Shown here piece after piece: positions 27,803-36,716 of a DNA stretch of 64,000 nucleotides (its first letter is position 1; every line of letters starts with the position of its first letter). The notes under the pieces are model-generated. The model ran no database searches. It was not told the DNA's origin and was given only the letters and a program-made list of their open reading frames with translations. The DNA comes from Anaerolineales bacterium (GTDB lineage Bacteria; Chloroflexota; Anaerolineae; Anaerolineales; UBA4823): the NCBI GenBank assembly GCA_049287485.1, contig JBAQFX010000232.1, positions 2,918 to 66,917 on the forward strand, written 5' to 3'. Position numbers and translations under genes: made by a program.

Positions 27803-30800
27803 GGCAGCAACTTCAGCTCGCGTATGTGAATATTTGCTACCTCACCAGCAAACGGCGAATAGATCTCCAGGTGCATTTTCGTTACAGGCAGGGATCCGTT
27901 CGGGAAGCTCAGCGTGAGGATGTCTCCCTCCGCTACCTGCCGGTAGGACTCCTGGTAATAAACAGGTGCTTGATTCTCCTGTGTAGTGAGCTCAACTTTC
28001 AGGTCGGCATCCATTGCACCCAGGTTCAGTGTAATTCCACCGATCATCCGCGGTTGTTGGAAGATGAGCTCCAGGATAAATGGATTCGCTTCCATTCCCC
28101 GGATCAGGGTAAATGGATCATTATCAAAAATTTGGGATGGCACACCCATATCCAGCCAAGAATAGCGAATGGTTACTGGCTGACCATCCAGGGTGATTTC
28201 TTCTTCTTTCAACGTCCTCCGTTCAGCCTTTTCTGCTTCCAATAACTGGTCAAAATTATCGGCATAAGCCAGGCGGACGAAATAAAAACCCGGGGTGCCA
28301 TCGGGGTATGGGATGATTTTCTCTAGTTCCACCGACTTAAATTTCTCGCTTGCAGCAGCTTTTTCATATTCGCTGGGTGTGAGCACGAAGATATCATTGG
28401 CATTAATGTCGTATTTTTTTGACATCAAGCCATCGATGCTGATCAAATCCACCTTTTGTTGTTCTTCCTTGGTCAGAAAGTAAGTCAGGTACCGTTCAGT
28501 ACCGTTTGCCCACACCGAGGAAACCCGGAAATGCAAGTCTGGATCTTCGCTCCAATATTGTGGGATGGTCTGCTCAAAGATCTGTATCGCCCCATACTGC
28601 ATCCCATACAAACCATAATCATTGAACCACAATGGCCCATTGACCAGCGAATTGCGCAACAAGCCAAAGCTCATCCCGCTCAGGATGAGGAAAATTGGTA
28701 CGGCAACCAGCCATTCTGGCAAAGCTCTATGCACTCGAGTGCGTATTTGCCCCCACAACCACTCCATCCCCAACGCCATGAGGATGCAGGCAGGGATAAC
28801 AAAGGCCAGCACGCGCGTGATCCCGATTTGCACCAGCGATGCTCCTAATGGCACGGCCAACCCGGCTAAAATCACTGCCCGGTAACGTGAGTCTCGGAAA
28901 CGCCACAGGCACAGACCCAGGCCAATAATCATGAATGGCAGCATGCTGATGGGTAGATGGGCGATATCCAGCATGCGGTGCCGTGGCAAATCTGCCCCAT
29001 TCGGGAAGAACCAGTATGCCGGGCTTAATCCATACAGGTAATTCTTCAAGAATGTGAGCACTTTTTCTACCAGCGGTATATTGTGGAACCAATAGGAATC
29101 CACCGCTCGCAGGTGGGTGCCAAGTGCTGATGGTTTATTCAACGTAAATAATATAAAAGGTAAAGCCAGCAATGCTGCCACAGGGGTCGCCCGCAACAAT
29201 GCCTTGCGTTGCTGCCAGTGATAACGGAAATCTGATAACAAGAGCAAGAATCCTGCCCCGAGAGCAATGAGCTGTGCATTCGAGTAGGTATAGAAGGTCA
29301 GCGCACCAAATATCAAAGCAGGTACCACACTAGAGCGTTGCTCTCGGTATCTCAGGTAAAACCATAGGAACATGGCGAAAAAAGCCGTGGTCATCACCGT
29401 TTCATAGGCGGTGCGTGAGTGCAGGAACCATGCCGGGGTGATTGCTAACAGCAACACCCCCACCCACCAAAAGCGGGCTTTGAAGATTTGCTTCAAGAGG
29501 AGACCTATGGCAATGGCAGCCAGCAGGCCCACCGCCACCGATGTGCCACGCGTGACCAATACCGATTTTCCGAACAGGCTCAGCGTGGCAGCCTGGATAT
29601 ACATCGGTAGCAGCGGTGTCCAGCGGTTTCCTGCCGCCTCCACGTAGAGGGGGAAATAAATCCCACTTACCGGGTCGCGAAAATGATTGTCAATCAGCGT
29701 TTCTGCATACAGGGTTTGGGCAGCTTCATCTCCCAGGAAAGATATCGGAAATTGAGAAAGCCCAATCAGGCGAGTCAGTAAATAGACCGCCAGGGCTGCG
29801 CTGAAAAGCACTCCACCCAATGAGAGGGGTTTCAGCAATGCTGTCAGCATGCTGCGGGTTGCCCAACGCCAGCGCTGCCATGCAGTACGGAGCATAGCAC
29901 CAGCCGTTTGTTGATCTTCCCTTAGTGGCGGTGCTTCAACGATCAGGTTTACTAGCTGTCCATCCTCCATATCCAGGGGGTTGGCAAGCTCAATCGTAGC
30001 CTGGCTTATGTTTCCGCCTGACTGCGCTACCTGATGGTAAACAGCCCCGGTCTGCACAAGCATGCCTCTGGTCACTCCAGCCTCTTTTTTAGGTCGCCTC
30101 ATCCTGGTGAGCAAGTCCCGCAAGTTGAACGAACGCACTGCATTTAATAATCTGCGCATTTTTTGAAGCCAGGTAGCTAATGCTGTTCGCAGCTCGAAAA
30201 CAATCAGGAAAATCGCCACCGCCAGCCCCCCCAGGCTGAGCATCACTCCAATCTGATATGAGCGAGGTCGGTAGATGAATTGGTATTGGTGCGTTCCGGG
30301 GAGCATATCAGCTGCCAGATACCCGCTGATTTTTAATACAGGTGCAGGCCGGTCATCTATAAATAATCGCCAGCCAGGGTCATGGGTCACCAGCACCACT
30401 AGGCGTTCATTTGCCTGCCCGGTGGCGTTAACCTGGACCTTGTTTGGCCCATCAAAATATGGCACTTGCTGGCTAACTTCTTCCACGCGCAGTGCCCCGT
30501 TGTTTAGCTGTCCCAATACCGCATCAGACACGCTGAAAGCCATTGGCAAGCTGTCGGGATGGTAATAGACCTGATACACATCGGTTTGGATCGCGGTAAG
30601 TATGGCTCCCTCTGGCGCCGGGTCGCTCACCGGTTGAATGGTGTAGCGCTGCTTGGCCTGCACCAGGCGTGTCTCCAGGCTGCCATCTAATTGGCGATAA
30701 TCTTCCCAGGCGTACCAGGGTGCGAGAAAGCGTGCCCCTGCCGCCAGCAAGGGTTTCAGGCAGACATTGTTCGGGAAGAACTGCGTGTAGTATTCTCCAG

Positions 30801-32415
30801 GGTCCTGCTCAACCAGGGTTGTCATCAATTCGCTTTCACGCTGGCAGGCCGCTCCGGTCTGAAAAAATGGCTGGTGCGTGGCATATAAATCCAAACCAGT
30901 GACCACCATCATGATCACCAATACACCTTGAATCGATATAAACACAGTCCGAACAATACTGTGCTTTGTCATTGTCGCCTGCATGGCCTTGTTCAAGCGC
31001 TGCCACAAGCTATCCAACCCCAAACCAGCCAACAGCACGATGGCAAAGCTGCCAAAGACCAGCGGACGCAAGAGATGCCTGAATTGCAGTAAAAACTGGC
31101 TGTTCTCATAGAATGATCGCCAGGGCATTTGCTTCAAATCAATCCACAGCACCACATAAACCAGCAAGAGCAACGCAAAAATAATGATCCGCCGTTTCCC
31201 CGGTCGGAAGGCAAATGGGGCAAACAGCGCCAGGATCAGGGGCGTCCAGCCAATGTAAGCATAATATTCTTCACGTGCTGGTAAGTCAGTGTAGGCATCG
31301 ATCCGGTAAGTATCTTTGGAAGTGAAGTCCAGGAGGACCTGCTGTGGAGTTTGCGAGCCATAAACCCCGCTACCCATGTTCATGCTTGAGGAAAACTGAA
31401 TCACGGGTAACAGATGTATGGCTACCAGGCACAATGACAACATCCCCACTGCCGCATATGCACCCAGCATTTTCCAATCCACCTGGACGAAAGGTCGCTT
31501 GCGATGGATGCGCAGCACCACCACGATCACAAACAGCACCACCGCGAAAGCCAGGTAAAAAGCATAGTAGGAATCCCCTGAAAGGAACACCAAGGCCAGC
31601 GCCAGGGCAGACAATGCAATATACACCAGGCGCGGCGTACACCATAGCTGGTACAAACCCCATATGCTCCATGGTATCCAGGCAAAACCAAAAATAAACA
31701 GGTATTGACCTTGCAATGCATGCGCCAACGGCTGACCAGCAAAGGCAAACATCAGCGCCATCCAGGTGCGTACGATCCTGCTTAACCCCAGGGCTACACC
31801 TAGCTGCCTCATACCCAGCGCAGCCGCCAGGATGCTCAGGAACAGCGCAATCTTGAATCCATTTTGTACGCCCCATAAAAAGATTGGAATCCCCACCAGC
31901 GGGTTCAAGGAGTGGAACATCGGGTCTGCCACATTCGGCTGTCCCGTATGTATCCATGGGTTCCAAATCGGGAATTGGTGAGCCTGGGTCACCGAGTTGT
32001 GGAAGACCCAGTCTAATGCCTGGAACATTTGCGATTCATTTCCAGGCAGCTCTTGTGTGCGATTGAAGTTCAGGAAGCTCTGGCAAAAGGAAAAGACTGC
32101 CAGGAACACCAGCAAAAGTTCCAGCACAGTCTGGGCGGTGGGAACGCGTTGGATAAAACCTGTCAGCCGGCTCAGCCCATCTATGGGTTGGGTAGCCTCA
32201 GCAGTGGATGTTTGAGATTGGCTCTCCTGAGTATTTACAATTGGTTCTTCCGTCACCTGATCCTTGAGACTATCCTGCGCTATTCCCGCTTCAGCTTCCC
32301 GTTTCTTTGAGTCTGTCTCGTTCCAGGTCGTCCAGCGCCGCAAAGCCACCACGACCAGCCCTGCTCCAATCAGCACAAAAAGCCATACCAGCCAGCCTGA
32401 ATCGAAATTGATCAT
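27799..32415 (-). CDS. 1538-aa polytopic membrane protein: YfhO-like module fused to a GT39/ArnT-like GT-C module plus a C-terminal soluble beta-rich domain
   Basis: Residues 1 to about 745 end in a YfhO-type tail (GWRLFIDDRPAPVLKISGYLAADMLPGTHQYQFIYRPRSYQIGVMLSLGGLAVAIFL). Residues from about 830 on carry a GT-C first-loop motif (FLGDEAAQ) and many TM helices. The last roughly 240 aa are soluble. Confidence 0.6.
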   Translation of the reverse strand: MINFDSGWLVWLFVLIGAGLVVVALRRWTTWNETDSKKREAEAGIAQDSLKDQVTEEPIVNTQESQSQTSTAEATQPIDGLSRLTGFIQRVPTAQTVLELLLVFLAVFSFCQSFLNFNRTQELPGNESQMFQALDWVFHNSVTQAHQFPIWNPWIHTGQPNVADPMFHSLNPLVGIPIFLWGVQNGFKIALFLSILAAALGMRQLGVALGLSRIVRTWMALMFAFAGQPLAHALQGQYLFIFGFAWIPWSIWGLYQLWCTPRLVYIALSALALALVFLSGDSYYAFYLAFAVVLFVIVVVLRIHRKRPFVQVDWKMLGAYAAVGMLSLCLVAIHLLPVIQFSSSMNMGSGVYGSQTPQQVLLDFTSKDTYRIDAYTDLPAREEYYAYIGWTPLILALFAPFAFRPGKRRIIIFALLLLVYVVLWIDLKQMPWRSFYENSQFLLQFRHLLRPLVFGSFAIVLLAGLGLDSLWQRLNKAMQATMTKHSIVRTVFISIQGVLVIMMVVTGLDLYATHQPFFQTGAACQRESELMTTLVEQDPGEYYTQFFPNNVCLKPLLAAGARFLAPWYAWEDYRQLDGSLETRLVQAKQRYTIQPVSDPAPEGAILTAIQTDVYQVYYHPDSLPMAFSVSDAVLGQLNNGALRVEEVSQQVPYFDGPNKVQVNATGQANERLVVLVTHDPGWRLFIDDRPAPVLKISGYLAADMLPGTHQYQFIYRPRSYQIGVMLSLGGLAVAIFLIVFELRTALATWLQKMRRLLNAVRSFNLRDLLTRMRRPKKEAGVTRGMLVQTGAVYHQVAQSGGNISQATIELANPLDMEDGQLVNLIVEAPPLREDQQTAGAMLRTAWQRWRWATRSMLTALLKPLSLGGVLFSAALAVYLLTRLIGLSQFPISFLGDEAAQTLYAETLIDNHFRDPVSGIYFPLYVEAAGNRWTPLLPMYIQAATLSLFGKSVLVTRGTSVAVGLLAAIAIGLLLKQIFKARFWWVGVLLLAITPAWFLHSRTAYETVMTTAFFAMFLWFYLRYREQRSSVVPALIFGALTFYTYSNAQLIALGAGFLLLLSDFRYHWQQRKALLRATPVAALLALPFILFTLNKPSALGTHLRAVDSYWFHNIPLVEKVLTFLKNYLYGLSPAYWFFPNGADLPRHRMLDIAHLPISMLPFMIIGLGLCLWRFRDSRYRAVILAGLAVPLGASLVQIGITRVLAFVIPACILMALGMEWLWGQIRTRVHRALPEWLVAVPIFLILSGMSFGLLRNSLVNGPLWFNDYGLYGMQYGAIQIFEQTIPQYWSEDPDLHFRVSSVWANGTERYLTYFLTKEEQQKVDLISIDGLMSKKYDINANDIFVLTPSEYEKAAASEKFKSVELEKIIPYPDGTPGFYFVRLAYADNFDQLLEAEKAERRTLKEEEITLDGQPVTIRYSWLDMGVPSQIFDNDPFTLIRGMEANPFILELIFQQPRMIGGITLNLGAMDADLKVELTTQENQAPVYYQESYRQVAEGDILTLSFPNGSLPVTKMHLEIYSPFAGEVANIHIRELKLLP

Positions 32416-32543
32416 ACCCGTGGAGAGCGGCTACTGATGATCATGGTTCGCCGTGATGTGGCAAAGAAAGATATGGTTATAGATTGGATAATCGTCGTTG
32501 GAACCACCATTTTTCGGATGGGCAAAAAGGTTGAGTGTGAATT

Positions 32544-33716
32544 TTAGCCGTGTAATCCTAATTCTAACCTAGAGATGACCAGGCGTTGAATTTCGCTGGT
32601 TCCTTCATATATCTCTGTGATCTTTGCATCCCTGAAATAGCGTTCCACTGGCAATTCCTTGCTGTAACCCATTCCACCATGGATCTACACGGCCGCATGG
32701 GTAACAAACATCGCCGTCTCAGCGGCAAACAACTTCGCCATGGCTGCTTCGCGGGTAAAACGCTCACCTGTGGTTTTCGCTCGTTCTTTCGCCATGGCGG
32801 CGTTATACACCAGCAGGCGCGCCGCTTCGATCTGGGTTTTCATATCCGCGATTTTGAAAGATATACCCTGGAACTCGCCAATCTTGGAGCCAAATGCCTC
32901 CCGCTCCCGAGCGTATGCCACGCTGGCTTCGTATGCCGCTTCTGCAATCCCCAACGCCTGCGCTGCAATCCCAATCCGGCCAGCATCCAGCACGGTCATG
33001 GCAATCTTGAACCCTTCCCCCTCTTCTCCAAGCCGGTCTTCCAGCGAGCAGCGATAATCCTCAAACAGGATTTCGCTGGTGGCCGAGGCGCGTATTCCCA
33101 GCTTGGGCTCCTTCTTACCCCGAACAAAACCCGGCTTATTCGCATCAATTAAAAAGGCTGTGACGCCCCTATGTTTCTTTTCAGGAGCTGTTATGGTAAA
33201 TAACACCACGTATTCAGCCACCGGACCACTCGTCACCCATGACTTGCGACCATTGATGACATACACCTCCCCCTCCCGCACCGCCCTGCTGCGCATTGTC
33301 CCCGCGTCTGAGCCAGACATGGGCTCTGTCAGCGAATATGCCCCGATGGACTTTCCGGAGGCCACTGCGGTCACGTATTTCTTCTTCTGCGCTTCCGTGC
33401 CAAACCTCAGGATGCCGTTGCAGAATAATGAGTTATTGACCGACATGATGGTGCCATGTGCCGCGTCCACTTTACAGATCTCCTCCAGAGCCAGCACATA
33501 AGCCAGGGTGTCCATTCCTGCACCACCGTACTGCTCAGGCACTTCGATCCCCATGAAACCCATTTCTCCCATTTTCTTGATCGTCTCCAAAGGGAATTCA
33601 CCCGTCTCATCAAACTCTGCCGCCAGCGGGGCGATTTCTTTCTGGGCAAAGTTCCGTGCCGCCTGGATGATGCTTTCATGTTCATCAGTAAACGGGAATA
33701 GTCCACTGCCAGCCAT
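32544..33716 (-). pseudogene. acyl-CoA dehydrogenase (butyryl-CoA dehydrogenase-like) interrupted by one in-frame TAG
   Basis: The same frame reads ...[59 protein letters not shown]... The TAG at 32687-32685 replaces the conserved Gln of AVQIHGG. GGAGGA RBS lies before ATG 33716. Confidence 0.75.
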
Positions 33717-33863
33717 CTTTTCCTCCGTTTTCATTATGGGTCAGAATGATTTTTGATTATAGCATGGGAAGTATCTCCCATTCAATTTTTCACGCTTTCC
33801 CTATGACACTAGCAATCATTTGGGTTTATACTAAAGGCAGGGAGATGCTCAAGACGAAGCGAT

Positions 33864-35708
33864 ATGCTTTCCAAAATTAAAAGCACACTGATAGGCACTC
33901 CACTTCCCACCCACCAACTGTCAGAGAAACGGCTGAATAAAATCCGTGCCCTGGCGGCTTTTTCACCCGATGCCCTTTCATCAATCGCTTACGCGAACCA
34001 GGAAATCTACCTAGGCTTAGTGGTGGCAGGAGCTGCCGGGCTGGGGTTAGCCTTGCCGATCGGTTTGGCAATCACCTTCCTTCTGGTGATTGTAGCCATG
34101 TCGTATTTCCAGACCATCCAGGGATATCCATCCGGAGGTGGATCTTATGTTGTCGCCCGTGAAAATTTAGGGACACTTCCAGGACTGGTAGCCGCAGCAG
34201 CATTGCTGATTGATTACCTGCTAACCGCAGCGGTAAGCCTCACTGCCGGCGTGGAAGCTATTGCCTCTGCTTTTCCAGTTCTCTACAATATACGAATTGA
34301 AATCGCTCTTTCATTACTAGCCTTAATCACTATTGCCAACCTAAGGGGCCTTCGCGAGATAGGTACCTTGATGGCTATCCCGGTATACCTATTCCTAATT
34401 ACTTACCTACCCATGTTAATTTTCGGGGCGATCCAGTTACTGATCCATGGCCGTGTGCCTCTTGAGACTGTGGCACCTGTTGCATCCCAGCCTCTGACTC
34501 TTTTCCTGGTCCTACACACCTTCGCTACAGGCTGCACTGCCCTGACTGGTATCGAAGCTATCAGCAATGGGGTCCCATCATTCAAGCCACCTGAAGCCAA
34601 GAATGCCGGGCGGACACTGATTTCAATGGCTATCCTGATGGGTATTCTATTCACGGGGAGTATCGGACTGACACAATCCCTAGGAATTGTGTCAGAGGCT
34701 CATGAGACCATCCTCTCAGCCCTGGCGCGCCACTTGCTTGGCAATGGACCAGCCTATCTGTTGATCCAGTTTACTACCATGCTCATCCTGGCAGTGGCTG
34801 CCAACACCAGCTTTGCTGGTTTTCCACGTCTGGCAGCCATCCTGGCAAAAGATGGTTTCCTTCCGCGTCAGCTTACTGGACTGGGAGACAGACTAGTCTT
34901 CGCCAATGGGATCATTGCCCTGGCAGTTGCCACCGGTGCTCTCATTTTACTGTTTGGCGGCAATAGCCATTCCCTGATCCCGTTATTCGCTATTGGCGTC
35001 TTCCTGGCCTTTACCCTTTCGCAAGCGGGCATGGTCATCCATTGGTGGCGTGATCGCAGAAAACGGTACAGCTGGCTGCCTAAAGCCGCTATCAACGGTT
35101 TTGGTGCGATTGCCACGCTTATCACCCTGCTCATCATTGTGATCAGCAAATTCCTGGAAGGTGCCTGGATTACCGTGCTTCTCATTCCACTTTTCGTAAT
35201 TAGTTTTCAACGCATTCGCTCTCATTATCGAAGTGTTGGTAAGCAGTTAAGTTTGCGTGGCCTGCCACCTGACCTCAAACCACTGCCTCCCTTGCGCCTG
35301 GTGGTGCCTGTCTCAGGCGTGCATCGCGGTATCATTGAAGCGATGGACTTCGCCCAATCCATTTCCAAACATGTCACCGCCATCTATATTGAACTTGAAC
35401 CTGGTGCGGGTGAGCAGATGCGAAAGGAATGGATCGCTTGGTGGCCAGATGTGCCCCTGGTGGTGCTCCCCTCGCCCTACCGCTCGATCATCCGCCCGTT
35501 AATCGACTATCTGGATGAAGATGACCGCATGCACAACGATGGCACATTGGCTGCTGTGGTTCTGCCAGAATTCATCCCTGCCAGATGGTGGCAGGCCTTA
35601 TTGCATAACCAGACCAGCTTGCTGATTAGAACCGCACTGCTTTACCGGCGCCAAACCAAAGGCTTTCAACGCATTATCATCGACGTTCCATACCACCTGA
35701 AGAAATGA
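33864..35708 (+). CDS. APC superfamily permease (amino-acid transporter-like) with a C-terminal cytoplasmic domain
   Basis: 614 aa. About 12 hydrophobic helices are followed by a soluble domain of roughly 150 aa. The N-terminal pattern ...ALAAFSPDALSSIAYANQEIYL resembles that of such permeases. Confidence 0.6.
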   Translation: MLSKIKSTLIGTPLPTHQLSEKRLNKIRALAAFSPDALSSIAYANQEIYLGLVVAGAAGLGLALPIGLAITFLLVIVAMSYFQTIQGYPSGGGSYVVARENLGTLPGLVAAAALLIDYLLTAAVSLTAGVEAIASAFPVLYNIRIEIALSLLALITIANLRGLREIGTLMAIPVYLFLITYLPMLIFGAIQLLIHGRVPLETVAPVASQPLTLFLVLHTFATGCTALTGIEAISNGVPSFKPPEAKNAGRTLISMAILMGILFTGSIGLTQSLGIVSEAHETILSALARHLLGNGPAYLLIQFTTMLILAVAANTSFAGFPRLAAILAKDGFLPRQLTGLGDRLVFANGIIALAVATGALILLFGGNSHSLIPLFAIGVFLAFTLSQAGMVIHWWRDRRKRYSWLPKAAINGFGAIATLITLLIIVISKFLEGAWITVLLIPLFVISFQRIRSHYRSVGKQLSLRGLPPDLKPLPPLRLVVPVSGVHRGIIEAMDFAQSISKHVTAIYIELEPGAGEQMRKEWIAWWPDVPLVVLPSPYRSIIRPLIDYLDEDDRMHNDGTLAAVVLPEFIPARWWQALLHNQTSLLIRTALLYRRQTKGFQRIIIDVPYHLKK

Positions 35709-35726
35709 CGAAGGAGTAAAGATCAT

Positions 35727-36551
35727 ATGAAAATCCTCATCGCTGCTGATATGGAAGGAATCACCGGCGTCACCAATTGGGACCAGGTCGACCCCGCTCA
35801 TGCTGAATACCCACGCTTTCGCCGTTTGATGACTAATGATGTCAATGCCGCGGTGCGCGGCGCATGTGACGCCGGTACTAACGAAATCCTGGTCACCGAT
35901 GGGCATGCTTACGGCTCCAACATCCTGGTCGAGGAGCTTGACCCGTGTGCCCATCTGATCTGTGGCAATCATACTCCCCTGGCCATGATCCAGGGCATCG
36001 GGCCTGATGTCAATGGAGTCATTTTCATTGGTTACCACGCCCGCGCCGGTAGCCAGAACGCCATCCTGGACCATACCTGGTCCAGTCGCCGGGTGGCCAA
36101 CCTGTGGCTGAATGATATCCTGGTGGGCGAATATGGCCTGAATGCCGCCGTCGCTGGGCATTTCAACGTCCCGGTGCTCATGATCACTGGTGACCAGACC
36201 GCCTGCGCCCAGGCTGCCGAGCTGCTTGGTAATATCGAGACGGTCATCGTCAAGACCGCCCTTAGCCGTATGGCAGCTGAATGCCTGCCACCCCAGGTTT
36301 CCGAAGAGCTGATCCAAAAAGCTGCCAACCAGGTGGTGAAGCGCCTGAAAGCTGGTAAAGCTCCCGCCCCTTTTAGCGTTTCCTCTCCGGTGCGGATCAC
36401 CCTTGACTTCATCAGCTCCGACCAGGCCGACCAGGCTGCCCTGCTGCCCGGCTCGAAGCGCGTGGATGGCCGGCGCCTCACCTTCACCGCTGAGGACATG
36501 CTGGCCGCTTATGCTGCCTTCCAGGCAGCCATCGCCCTGGTGAGCCTGTAA
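35727..36551 (+). CDS. M55 family metallopeptidase (D-aminopeptidase DppA-like)
   Basis: MKILIAADMEGITGV N-terminus; 274 aa. Confidence 0.7.
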   Translation: MKILIAADMEGITGVTNWDQVDPAHAEYPRFRRLMTNDVNAAVRGACDAGTNEILVTDGHAYGSNILVEELDPCAHLICGNHTPLAMIQGIGPDVNGVIFIGYHARAGSQNAILDHTWSSRRVANLWLNDILVGEYGLNAAVAGHFNVPVLMITGDQTACAQAAELLGNIETVIVKTALSRMAAECLPPQVSEELIQKAANQVVKRLKAGKAPAPFSVSSPVRITLDFISSDQADQAALLPGSKRVDGRRLTFTAEDMLAAYAAFQAAIALVSL

Positions 36552-36716
36552 GCCGCCCATAGCTGGAGCGTAAAAACCAAACCTTTTCTCGGGAAACTTG
36601 GCATTTACACTCTATAGAACTGCACAATGTTAGGTGGATTGCCATTTTGGCACCCATGCTGCTCTCAAACTCCCTTAAACTAACTATGCTATAATCCCAA
36701 CCCAGAAAGGGTATCT

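Noticed and set aside
32685-32687. The idea that TAG (and TAA) is recoded as Gln in this organism, because all four unexpected in-frame stops (one in the ACAD gene, three in the intI remnant) sit at Gln positions.
   Set aside because: TAG clearly terminates neighbouring intact genes, for example the homoserine-dehydrogenase-like gene at 3125-3127 and accC at 18947-18949. CAG/CAA->TAG/TAA is simply one of the commonest single-transition routes to a stop.
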